From the NCBI GenBank assembly GCA_047967505.1, contig CM106538.1: DNA of 64,000 nucleotides; one strand, written 5' to 3'. The notes beneath the pieces were generated by a model. It did no database searches. It was not told the origin of the DNA and saw nothing but the letters and a program-made list of their open reading frames with translations. Below are positions 1 through 12,200 of the stretch, one piece after another. The DNA is from Dipteris shenzhenensis (Eukaryota). Made by a program: the position numbers and the translations under genes. The stretch's first letter is position 1, and each line of letters opens with the position of its first letter.

Positions 1-399
1 TTGGCACAAGGAATCTTGCCACCTCATACTACTTTCCCCATTATTTAACTTGCTCTCTTGGACCTTCTATACCTCCCCCACATGGGCCTATCCCATATGG
101 AGGGAATAATATAATATCCATTTCCACCTATTTTATATTACTTCTCCCATGGACTTTGAGCCATATCTCACTAAATGCAGCCTAGGTGGAGGGGTGGCAC
201 ATGGAGGAACCATGCCACCTTACATTTTATAATATTACTATCATGGATTATGTACAACACACCTTATGGGTCCTCTTACATGGAAGGGTGGCACATGGTC
301 ATGCCCTGCCACCTCAACCTTGGGCCCTATGCACACCATATTTTATTATACTATTGCCACATATACAAACACACACATATATTAATGCCTTTTTCCTTA

Positions 400-786
400 G
401 ACAATTTTATCCATAACAATACCCATTTCAATAATGAGTGTGTCTCTTTAGGAAGTTCAAATGCAGCAAGCCACCAAATGTGCTTTTTCGATTGCACACT
501 AAAATCTTCCCTAATTTCCTTATCTTTGGCATGTACGAGGGCTTTATTCATCAAAGCAATACTAACCCTCTCTAATTTTACAACCTCTCACTCATCCAAT
601 TTGATAACGAATACTAACTTTCCTTCACAATCTGAAAGATTAAAAGATTTACATGATTAGAAAAGATTTCAATAAAAATTTGAGCTCTCTAAACAATATA
701 ATTTTAACATATCCCATGCTTTCATGTTATAAAACTCCACCATTGTAGCTTGGACCCTACATACATCCAAAAAAACATTATTATGC
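400..786 (-). pseudogene. Transib/RAG1-like DDE transposase remnant, downstream part (interrupted by the CACTA-like element)
   Basis: Minus-strand translation gives ...HNNVFLDVCRVQATMVEFYNM, a probable intron with a tttcag acceptor at 632-633, then DCEGKLVFVIKLDE*EVVKLERVSIALMNKALVHAKDKEIREDFSVQSKKHIWWLAAFELPKETHSLLKWVL. The sequence reads continuously across the TGC TSD into 7309+. The family call rests on by-eye motif similarity only. Confidence 0.45.
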
Positions 787-816
787 CACAACAAGACAAA
801 GAACCCATAGACGCGC
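787..816 (+). repeat. Left TIR of CACTA-like element
   Basis: Inverted complement of 7279-7308; preceded by TSD TGC. Confidence 0.9.
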
Positions 817-1062
817 ACACGAACGCATTTGCTGAACTAAATAAAAAAACTTACGGGCGCATCTATTTGTGCATCTATTAGTGCATCTGGAGACCCGCGT
901 CTAACAGTGCGTCTATATAGGACACACACATGCGTATAGACATGCATATAAACGCTAAAATAGATGCTCTTATAAATGCGTTTGTAGATGCAAAAATAGA
1001 TGCTTGTCGATAGATAGACGTGTATATAGATGTGTTTATAGACGCACTGATAGACGCGCTTT
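806..1062. repeat. Left subterminal repeat array (TAGACGCG/TAGATGC variants, both orientations)
   Basis: Dense copies such as atagacgcgc, gcgtctatat, atagatgc, atagacgtg and atagacgcac; such arrays are typical of CACTA subtermini. Confidence 0.75.
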
Positions 1063-1378
1063 ATAATATTTTTTTTAAATTTACAGAATGCTGTGTATGT
1101 TGTGTATGCTATATAGTTACAAGAATCCCATTTCGACATTGTGTAATTCAATTCTTATAGCCAACCGCATTTTAATTACAATTTCAAATAAAACATTACA
1201 AGTCCAAAATGCAATAAAATTGAAAGCTCAAAAAGTGCTTGTATGTACATATAGCATGAAGGTAAGCCACGTCATGTGGCTTCAAGTACAAAAAATAAGA
1301 GGAGTGTGTATACAAGAGGCACGAAGCCAAGCCAATGGCTTTAAGTACAAAAAAGAGTAGCTAGCACTACTTCTACAA

Positions 1379-2828
1379 CTAATCCTCGCTCCCTTCCATG
1401 CTCCCTTCCACGCTCCCTTCTATGCTCCCTTCTGCGCCTCCTTTCTCGTCTTCCTCATCATCTTGTGCACGGGCCTGTAAACAAGGGACAACATATATCA
1501 ATGTATGAAAAATCAAATCTTTACTTATAATATTGGCATTATTTAATTACTTTCAAATACCTCGGGGGCCGCTCCAGTAGCCCAGATATATTGCTCCTCA
1601 GTAATCAACCCATCATCAGAGAAGTTCCTCCATGTATCTCCTCTGCGATGGTGGCAGTGGTAGGCTGTGTCCATAGGAGTAGGGTATCTGCCCACGATCT
1701 CAAGTTGCAAGATGACACAATTTGCAGAGGGATTAGTACAAAAAAACAACCTCCTAATAAACTACATAAGCAATATAATTTGAGATTGATACTTACAAAT
1801 TAGGCCTCCCATGATTTAACACCCTCTGCTCCAAAATGTGCACTTCCATATTCCTCCATCTGGATCCTTCGTGCCTCCACGTGCTGCAGATTGGTGTCCT
1901 CCCTCGCTGACTTCATTGCTTTCTTCCACTCACTGCTTGTGAGCGATGTGGGGCGGGCCCCTTGGTGGTTGACCTCCCTCGATCCTTGCAAGCTCCGCTA
2001 GTGCCTGCCTCTTAAGCAAAGATCGTATCGTAACAATCTTTGACTTGGCCCATTTATCTGTGAACTGGCGATTGGGGGGGTTAGGATACCTAGAGCGAAC
2101 AACAGCGAGGGTCTCATCAGCCAACCTCTTTGGCTGGTCTTTGAAGTGGATAAAGCAATCTCTGTAATTATTAGCAATTACAGAGCACATGAAGGCCATG
2201 ATGTCCTTCCCCCGCACATCCATCAAGATGCCTCCTATCTGAGTGATGTCATAGAATATCGTACCATCACCCGAAGGCATGTCTAAATCATCTGAGTCAT
2301 CATCGTCCCCACTGCCACCCCTCCCAAAGCACTGTGCCATGCATCCCCCACCGCTCTCCCTGCTACTACGCCTACTACTGTGTCGTGTCGAGCTCGTACG
2401 CTAGCCACTCGTAGCTGGAGACTGCACGGGACTACGCTAACCAATCGTAGCTGGAGAACTGAGTCTTGACTGCATAGGAGTACATCGATGGCTCTGCGAG
2501 ACAGAAGGTCCTCATGATAGCATGGGGGAAGGGGCATGAGATGGAATAGCAGAAGTGGCATAAGACAGCATGGGGGAAGGGGCATAAGACGGCATGGGAG
2601 ATGGGCCTGCGCTGTGTAGCCGGCTGGGCTATGCTGACTCCGTTGGGGTGATCTCAGTTGGTGTGGGGTGGTTTGGAGTCTATAGTGCCGACTCTTGGGG
2701 GTGTTTAGGGTACCCGTCATATATCCGTATAACTCCGCAGGACTAGGAGGGTGCCCTAAAAGGTTATATAAGTCCCTAAAAATAGACTCTCGGGGATCAG
2801 GTGAGTTGGAAGCGCTTCCTGGCCACAT
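1379..2828 (-). pseudogene. Second (TnpA-like/accessory) gene of the CACTA-like element, spliced and disrupted, function unknown
   Basis: ORF pieces MWPGSASNSPDPRES..., ...DDDDSDDLDMPSGDGTIFYDITQIGG...FTDKWAKSKIVTIRSLLKRQ... and a last exon ARAQDDEEDEKGGAEGSIEGSVEGSMEGSED* (stop 1379-1381). Minus-strand GT donors near 1796, 1560 and 3208; AG acceptors near 1700, 1476 and 2836. Confidence 0.6.
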
Positions 2829-3656
2829 GATGAACTGAAAAAAAGAAAAAAAATCTATTACTGATGAGCTGAGAAGAAAGGGGAAGGATTACTATCAGAG
2901 CGCGTCTATAGATGTGTTTGATTAGCGCGTCTATTTTCACATGTAACGGTGCATCTATAGACGCGACTACCTGTGTCTACAAACAAACTAGATGTGCATT
3001 TATATGCGCCTGTAGACGTGCATTTAGACGTGCTCTAGGACACACCTATAGACGCGCTCCAACAGACGGACATTGTGCCCGACACATAAACGTGACATTG
3101 ATACCCAGATCATGCGTTGATACCCAGATCATGTGTTTTTTGGATACAAGAAAGTACAAATCCAAAGAGAGCAAACTTCCAAAAAAGATCAACTGCAAAA
3201 AGACTTACCTTGGATAGAGGTATGGAAGGTTCTTCTCCTTTTTCAAAGTTGCTTCTCCTCCTTGTTCGCCCTCCTCTCCTTTAAGCTCGGAAGTAAGTGT
3301 GGGTGCCTTCCTCTTAAGTGTAAGCTTGGAAGTAAGTGTGGGTGCCTTCCTCTTAAGCGTCGAAACTATGGATTTGCTAATAAGGAAACAAGCAAGCCAC
3401 GTGAAGTATAAGTAATGTCAAGAAAAGCAAAGCGAGTGCAAAAAAAGCAGGTTTAAAAGCCGCATCTCTAGGCACGTCTAAAAGCACATCTATTTGTGTG
3501 TGTAAAGACACAGAGTAGACTCGGATTTAGACGTGCCTATAGATGCACTTTTAGATTCGCACCACAGAACAAGTAGACGTGCTTTTAGACACACCATAGA
3601 GTTCAAAATTAAACATTTGAAGAAGAGCAAATTTTTTTGGGTTGTTTGTTTGTAGG

Positions 3657-6600
3657 ATGTCTTCATCTTCAACAAGTAGCTCCAGTGAGGATGAGGAATC
3701 CCTCCATATCCACCATCGCGAAATGTGGTTGGAGCAAAAAATCAAATGTATGTGTGATCGATGTCGAGGAAACACGTATCATGCACGCAGGATTACACTC
3801 AATCACATCTTAAAGTATGGATAATGGGATGCGACCATAAACAGGGTAAGGGTTTGTAAGTTAAGGTTGATTGAGATACCTATGGGTGTTCATATGTTTG
3901 AGTTATGATCCCGTTTTAATTTGATACAAGATGCAATGCCACACCCACATATGTTGCCCTATGCTCGCCGTGAGGAGGTGAAGCATCGGCGATATGAGGT
4001 GGGATCTTCAGGAGGGACCGTTACGGATGCATGGAGTGATGGTGATAGTAGCCCTCCCCCATTACCTCATGAAGCCGTGGAGGAGGAGGTGTTTGATGAT
4101 ATGGTGCAGGATTTATATGTCCATCAAGGGAGGGATGATAGCATGGAGCAGGATGATCTTTTTACTGCAACATCGACTCCACTGTTTGAGGGGTGCACAT
4201 TCTCTATTCTACATGCCTCCCTTGAGTTACTAAACTTGCAAACCATCTATGGATGGAGCAATGCAAGTTTGAATACATTACTCAAGTAAGCTTTAAAGTC
4301 TATTTTGCAAACATGGTGAATTATGCTAGTAGGTCAATTACTCGAATGCTTTTCCTCATTTATGGTCTTCACATGCAGGCTATTGTGTAAAATGCTTCCA
4401 AGGGAGATATGGCAAGGCAACATGTGACCTCTCTTGGAGGATTAGATAACAAGCGCATCCATGCATGTGTCAACGATTGTGTTTTGTTTCATGGACTACA
4501 TAAGGATGCAAGAGAGTGTCTTACTTGTGGAGAGGCAAGATATAGAGCAAATCTCAAAACTTTGGACGTGACTCATAAGGTTCTGCGACATTTTTCCATA
4601 ATCCCTCACATCCAACATATGTTCAAGTGCAAATCTATTGCAGAGCTCATGTCATGGCGTTTCTCCCATCGATCAACCAATGGCAAGTGGAGAACTCCCG
4701 CAGACTCTCCTGCATTGAAGCATATTGAAGACACATGGCCAAGCTTAAGGAAGAACCTAGGAACTTGAGACTTGGATTGGGTATGGACGGTGTGAACCCA
4801 TTTGGTCTCAAAAGCACATCTTATAGTGTATGGCCAGTGATATTGGTGAATTATAATCTTCCACCCTCTATGGCTATTAAGAAAGGACATGTTATGCTGT
4901 CCCTTCTAATTCCAGGGAAACATAAATTCAAAAACCCTGATGTTTATTTGGAGCCTTTGATTGATGAGCTAGAGATACTTTGGAGAGGTATCGAGGTGCA
5001 TGATGTGAGCAGGCCTCCCTCATCACAAGACTTCAACTGCAAAGTAGTCTTGATGTGGATGATGCATGACTTCCCAGGCTATGGCAAGTGTTTAGGTAAG
5101 CATTGCACTTCTAATTATGAATAGGCAAAGGATGTGGCATCCTAAACCCACCTTCAACTCTTAATTGCATCTATTTTTTAGGTCTCACTACATCGGGTTA
5201 CCATGCATGTCCTATTTGTGGTCCTTCGCTAGTTGCCTCATGGGCAGACACATTGAATAAGGTCATCTATGAGAATCACCATCGATTTCTCCCACCTGAT
5301 CATCCTAGATATGTTGCCCCTTGAAATGAATTCCCCCCACAATCACTCACCGCGGGAGATTGGATGAGAATTTGGGATGGTTCCATGACTCCTCCACCAC
5401 TTGGCATGACTAGGTAAGGGTTTGTAACTATTGTGTGCTATATTGGTTGGAAATAAAGATTACCCACTAACACTTTATTTTGTTTAGATACTCAATCTTT
5501 TATCGTTTACCATATTGGTCCCACCTCAAGATCAATCACCTGGTTGATCCCAAGAGTCAGTTGTATATATTTTTGAGTTTCTTGTTGATGTGGATAGCTC
5601 TCTCCCACAACTATGGAGAGATGATGAAGACCTAAGGATGACCTCTATTGTGCCTCAAGGGAAAGGACGCAACAAAGTAATAGACACGGAGTTGCATAAT
5701 AGTATCAACCTCTTTTGCGTGCTTAATAGTGATGTGATGAAAAGATGGGTGATAAGATACGAGGATGCAAAGGCAAGAAGACAAGAAGAAAGGGCCCTCT
5801 TTCGTAGACACCACGGATCTCGTGTGCCATACCCTCAGTATCTAAGAGCACTTCCAAAGGATATTCATGTGGATTGGCTACTTGATGACATGGAGAAAGC
5901 AGAGAAATATGAGGGGATGCATATCACAATGGAAGAATGGGAGTATGCTAGGGGATGCATGAGCAAGGTTGGTATATAGAATGTTATGCATAAGTTAGGA
6001 GCTTTCAATAATTTAGATTGCTTATTTAATTGATCTTTTATTGGTGTAGTGCACTATGTTCAATGCTATATGGTGTGAGGGCAAGCATTTTCGAACACAA
6101 CGGATTGATGATAAGAGAAACACACAAGATTGCAGCGTCATTGCTAGCTTTGAGGGAGCCAATGGAGCCATGGATGATTATTGTGGCATAATCTAAGATA
6201 TTATTAAGCTTGTCTTTCGACGCTTCTTTGTGTATGTTTTGGATGTAAAGTGGTTTAAGGACATGGTGGAAAGAGGCCCTAATGCAACAATCAAATGCCA
6301 TGCAAGTGGCTTTGTAACTATTGACTCCACAAAGTTTTGGCAAAGTAGGAAGGACACACTAGTACTACTGCAACAATGTGAATAGGTACTGTGCACACAT
6401 ATAAAAATACTCGCTTTTAAATATTTGATGCAAGAAAAATAACATGATTGTACAATGTGTTTGAATTAGGTTGTCTATCAACCAATGGTGGATAATACCC
6501 GATGGTGGCATGTCATACCTATTATGCCACGTTCCAAAGTGATGTATAGTACATTTACTAATATGGAGCGTATGGAGGATGATCATGGCCATGGACGTGA

Positions 6601-6829
6601 TGATGACCATGATACGAGAGAGGAGGATGATCATGAGATAGGAGATACAGATATTGAGGCCATTACACATGAGGATGAGCCTACCATTAGTGATGATGAT
6701 TTTGATGAGCACATGAGTAGCACAAGTAGTAGTGGGTTGAATGTATTTGTAGATCTAAACACTTGTTTGGATTTTGAAGTAGATAGTTTGGCAAGGGTTG
6801 ATCTCATTGAGGATGAGATTGAACCATAG
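3657..6829 (+). pseudogene. CACTA/EnSpm TnpD-like transposase (transposase-associated Cys domain, Transposase_21, DUF4216-like), multi-exon, frameshifted
   Basis: Motifs CMCDRCRG...HILKYG; IHACVNDCVLF...CLTCGEARY; EPRNLRLGLGMDGVNPF; SVWPVILVNYNLPP; DVYLEPLIDELEILW; MHDFPGYG; ACPICG; RLPYWSHL; DVKWFK. GT-AG introns, in-frame stops and frameshifts are present. Confidence 0.92.
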
Positions 6830-7028
6830 CCCATCATTGATATTGGCAAAACTATTTTACATATTGTCTCATTCTCCTCACCTCACTTAATTCTTGTATA
6901 TGTGGGCTTGCAAAAAAGCATTGATGTTTTTGTTAAAATTATGTGCTTTGGTAATCATGGGCAATGTTTGGAAAGCAATGATGTACACCAAAATCTCACT
7001 TTCTGTATTCTCTGGTTTGTATCTATAT

Positions 7029-7308
7029 ACGCGTCTAAATACACGTCTGATTCCCAGTGTAAACGCGCATATAAACACGGTAATACACACGCAAATAGAG
7101 GCGCTGATAAACATTACATTAGACAAGCTAATATTTTCTCAGTTTAGACATGCAAATAGACGTGTCAATACATGCACAAATAGACATGTTGATAAACGCG
7201 AGTAGACGGGCCTGCACTCGTAATTTCTCTACTCAAGCAACGCCTATAGATGCGCCCGCTATTTTGCGCGTCTACCAAGCACGTCTATAGTTACTTTGTG
7301 TTGTTGTG
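7029..7308. repeat. Right subterminal repeats and right TIR (7279-7308) of CACTA-like element
   Basis: acgcgtcta, acgtctg, tagacgtg, tagacggg, tagatgcgc and gcgcgtcta motifs, ending in CTTTGTGTTGTTGTG followed by TGC. Confidence 0.85.
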
Positions 7309-7720
7309 TGCTCTATGTACTCAAAGGTTCTTGGTCCTTGCTTTGCCCCTTTGGACATTTGTCTTGTTTGTGCCTTCCAACATCATGCTTTCTAAGATGT
7401 GTATAAATCCACCCAACAAATCTTGAACAGCAAAATTTGTTTCTTTCCTTGCATTTCTAATGTATACTAGTCTTGGCAATAGAGGGTTCTTAATGCCTTG
7501 ATCTTGAAGTACATTTACAAAGACATTATACACACCTAAGTACCCTTGCCGACTAATGCTAGTAGCATCACATGCATGGACAACTTCCGATGGATCTATA
7601 AGATTTCACAAGCTAGCGACATCTTCGTATCTTGTGTAGTATAAAACCTTTCAACTTCGTGCCCATGCCTCATATACTATACCCACAATGTAATTAAGAA
7701 AGGTAATATCCATCTGCCAT
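7309..7720 (-). pseudogene. Transib/RAG1-like transposase remnant, upstream part
   Basis: Minus strand reads ...VASL*NLIDPSEVVHACDATSISRQGYLGVYNVFVNVLQDQGIKNPLLPRLVYIRNARKETNFAVQDLLGG..., then after a frameshift FEYIE|HNN across the TSD. Confidence 0.45.
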
Positions 7721-9286
7721 CCATTACTTGATATGACATTTTTAATAATTGTAAGGCTAAATACATAGTTCAGCATATAATCTAAAACCTACTCTCTAAA
7801 GCCAATCAAACATACCACATTCCTTCATTGTATAACTCGGTCACTATTTATTTTGGCAGATCATACGAAAGGGGCATCTCTTTTTCAAAAAATGGCTACT
7901 ACAAAAGAGGTACGTATACATGCATAAATATATTCTCTCAGAAAACCAGTCTATTTAACATCAATCTATATTTTTATTCATACATTCATTCTCATTTTCA
8001 GCTTTTCCAACTGTTCAAACAAAAAGCTATATAGTAAAAGGAAGACGAAGAACGTGCCCTAAAAATATTAAAAATACAAAGCAAGTTTTTGTTCAACGAT
8101 AAAAAAATGAGAAGAGCAAACGTGGTAGGCATAAAACCATAAGAATGTATCTTTGGATTTGATTCATACAAGTAATACCATCCCTTGATGGCAAAAGTAA
8201 TGTAGATTCTATAGGATAGACCTAGAGGGAGCAACGAACTCGCAGATGGATTGATAAAACACATTATACAATAGTTATCCAATGGATAGGAGACCATGGA
8301 TGAGTTGTTGCCCCACAAAAAAGCTATTGAGCACAGACGTTGTATTGTTTTCTTACAATCATGATGTATGAGATGAATTTACATTTCAATGATTTCTTTT
8401 TGCAATACATTTATGAGATATATGAGCATTGTCTTGATAATATCCTTTATCATTGTACAAGAGTAGACATTGCCCTTGCAATGACAAGTTGTAAGTCCCT
8501 CTTCTCCATAAATATTTTCCTTGAGTTACAACATGAACAAATGTACAAGAAGATTGGACATTCCAAGGGAACTATGAAAGATTTCTTAATGATCTACATT
8601 GATGAAACTCACGAAGAACCTCTCCAATGACAATGTACCTCACACTATGGTAGCTTGGAAGAGAAGGAGGAAAAGGACAACATATTTCATCAAGGGGGGA
8701 TTGTTCCCCATATCCAAGATTTAGGTTCAACATACTAGGGTACTCTGCCCTTCCTACATAAAATGAATGAAATAAAGTGTTTTGTGTGTGTCAAATAATG
8801 GTAATCTGCCATGGATAGTCCATCCTTAAATGATTGTTAGTCTTATGTGAGTTATTTCCTTGTCAGACCTATGGCAATTTCCCATGCATAGTCATTGTCC
8901 ATTCTTCCAATCGTAAACCAAGAGTCGTAGGAGTGAGTCACAGGTTGGGGCCAAGTGTGTTGCCGTATGAGGGTGGCCATGGAGCATCCCATGTACTACT
9001 GCTGAGGGATGAGGTGATGAATTTGAGGGGGGAATGAAGGAAAAATTGATGTAATGGGGTGTACCAAGGGATACAAGGTTTGTGTGTCACCACACGATGG
9101 TTAGTGTGACCGGGTTAGGTGGTAGAAGGTTCTAGTAGGTGTGATTAAGAGAATCATGGACCTGATTGAGAGATACTGGGAAACATTTGTGGATCTCTAG
9201 ATGTCACTCTTGGATGTAACTTGTGCCTATATATTGGGCATACCCAACATAGACACACACACACACACACACATTGGGCATACCCA

Positions 9287-12200
9287 ACACACACACACAC
9301 ACACACAAATCTTGCTTAATAATTTTCTCATTTTCACACAAACACGCACACACACTTTTTCACGTGATCATGTCTTCACACACACACACACACAATCCCC
9401 CCCCCCACACACTTACACATGCACATAATAACCCCCTTTTTAGGATTCAATTTGTTAACAAGGATACTCATCCCCTTTCTCTGTATAATCATGTATGCCT
9501 TGGAATTATAATCCTCATAAACTTGCCCAATTGGAAATATTGTTAAAAAATAATGTGGTATTATCCCCCTCCTCCCCTTTCCCCATTAATCTTATGATAT
9601 ATATATGTATATGTATAAAAGTTTGCAAATACGTTGTTAATAAAATTTCCCTTTTATTTTTCATAAAAAATCCCCATTATTTTGTAATCAACCTAAAGAA
9701 AAAATTCCATTCTTTTCCCGTGTTAAGTGTTCTTGCCTTAGGAACTTGTGTTTACATTTGGTGGATAATTAAGAGATGATGTTTTATTATCTCTACGATT
9801 ATATGATTTTCTATTATCTCTAGGCTATCTACATACTTGGTTCCTTTTATACCTTCATAATGTCCCCTTTGTTGGCTTACTCATCCTTACTTAAACATAT
9901 GGATTTCTCTATACCACTATAGGATATTCTCTAAGCCTATCTCTTCAAAGCACTAACCCACGTCCTCCACTGCCCTTCTATCTCTCTCTTTACTTGGCCT
10001 TAACTGTTTCATTGGCATTCTTCTTTATTTGGCCAACACCGTTGACTCTACTGCGCTCTTACAAGACTAGGTTCTCGTGATCTTACTGATCAGTAGCTTG
10101 GTGGCCTCTCACAACTCTTCCTTTCTATACTACTAGCACTCCTTCGCCTTTCCTTCTTAGTTCTCTTCATTGCCTCATTGCTAGTCAGTATTGCCCGACT
10201 TCCTGGCTACCACATGCTCTCAAGGGTTTCCTCCTTCTATGCTGAACTCTCCCTTCCCCTTATGCTATCGCCTCTTTAAACTCTCACTGCATGGCAGTTC
10301 TTCTCAACCCCACCCCCCCTTCTTTGTCGCTTGGTATGACGGCTTTCTCATCATGGTGCCATGGGTGATTGCATCTTTTGCTCTATGACTCTTGTTCCAT
10401 CTTCAACCCTTGTTTGACGACTTAGTCACCTCTGGCTTGGAGTCGTCATTGCATGGTAGCTATCATGGTCACCTTGCATCTTTTGGTGCTTGCACTCAGC
10501 TTTAGTAGAAGATTACAATTAGCTTTGGCTGCTTCTTGCCCACCATAAAGCAAAGGTTAGTTCCTTGTTCCAGCTCGAACACTTGCCAAGAAGACCTCCC
10601 TAACTTTTGGGTTGGGGATGGGCAAGCTAGACTGGTTGGCCTCCTTCTCACATTCGAACTTGCTTTCACTGAGTTTTTCTTGGTATTTGGCTCACCAGCC
10701 CTCCTCTCGATTTCTATGCAGTAGCTCTTAGCTTTGCTTTCCTCATCTTTTTCCTTGAATTGAAAAGTGGCTTAACTCTCATTCGCCCTTCTTTGGACCT
10801 TACTCCCCTCGCTGCTCTTTAGTCGGGAAGGTTTCTACTGTTAGCTCTTCATCGTTGGTCGCCTCCTTTAGTTCTTGAAGACAAGTCACTTTCTACGTGC
10901 TTCTTCTACACTATTGCTCGAGCTAGGCATCCATGCAAGTTCGCACAGTTAGCACCACTTCAACTTCTCTCTTATTGCTTTTTAACACCCTTCTTTTGCT
11001 TAGTGGGGAGTCTCTTCATGGAGTGGACGATCTACATGGCATCGTCTTCTTGACTCTTGCGCATTGCGCTTGTGTTAACTAGTCTTGTTTCCTCTTTTTC
11101 GTTGAAGTCGTTTGTTGAGATGTAGTTTTACTTGTTGTCAACACGTGCCCTTCTTTAAAAATCGTTTCTAATTGGCTCTTAAGTTTTCTGCCCAATGTTT
11201 TTTTGTGTAGTCAATTGTAGGGTTGACTTTTTTTTTAAATTATTTCCTTCTTTTAAACCTTTAAACTCCCTTAATAGTTGAAATTTTTGCCTTCTTGCAC
11301 TTTTTTTATATGTATATAACCTACTATAATCATTTATGTGTTAAGAAGTTAGTTCCTTATTTATTACTTTTAGGTTATTTGTAGAGAGGGTGTTGATGAC
11401 CCCCCTCACCTATTTGTTTTTCCTTTAGCTTTTTGTAGTTTTCTTCTAAATTTAATGTCCCTTAAAGTTCTTTTCTTAATTATTGTTTTTATTTTCTTTG
11501 ATGCCTTTGTAGCAAAACTTATGGTTTAATGTAAAATGATTAATTCAAATTAATATTTTCAAAGAGTCAACCATTTGGCTATTTTTAATGTAATTCAATT
11601 TCTTTTAATGTTGTCCTTTTAATTATTTTTGTATTCAATTTATTATAGTAATTGCTTGATAAGTTAGGCTTTTTGTTGTCCTACATGCTTAGTTTAATTA
11701 CTACTTATATAATGAATTTTTTATTAATTCTTTGTATCCTTATTTTCTTCTTTTAAGTTAATCATTGGTGTCTTTTATTAAATCAATTGCCTTAGTTAAG
11801 AGTTTGTTTTTAATAAATCTCATAGTTAACCATTTGTTTACCTCGTTGTCATTATTATAGCAAATTTTAATGTGAGGTTAGTTAGGGGTGGTTGGACTTT
11901 ACCCCTTGGAATTTTGGTTCCCTTGTGTTTTCCTTTTAAGCCTCATTGTTTACATGTGGTTAGTTAACATCTTTATTGTTTAATTTCCCTCTCCTTCTTA
12001 AAATTTTTAGACTTGGTCATCTTTTTATAATTTTACTAGTGCTTTTTCTTTAGGTGTTCCCTTCAATTAATTGTGGTTAATCTTTCAAGCATGAGGATTA
12101 CCCTCCTTATAGACTGTTGATAATTTAATTTGCTTGATTCTCATTCCTAAATTTAAGGGTCTGGACTACCCCCCTCAATAATACTTTTTGTGATGGCTCC

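Larger units (their letters stand above)
787..7308 (+). mobile_element. EnSpm/CACTA-superfamily DNA transposon with CACAA termini; both ends present, internally decayed
   Basis: Left end CACAACAAGACAAAGAACCCATAGACGCGC and right end (reverse complement) CACAACAACACAAAGTAACTATAGACGTGC match at 25/30. TGC is duplicated at 784-786 and 7309-7311. TAGACGCG-like subterminal repeats and a Transposase_21-type coding region lie inside. Confidence 0.93.

Noticed and set aside
8690-8800. PPT-like aagggggga followed by TGTT (possible LTR start)
   Set aside because: No partner LTR, TSD or recognisable pol sequence could be established.
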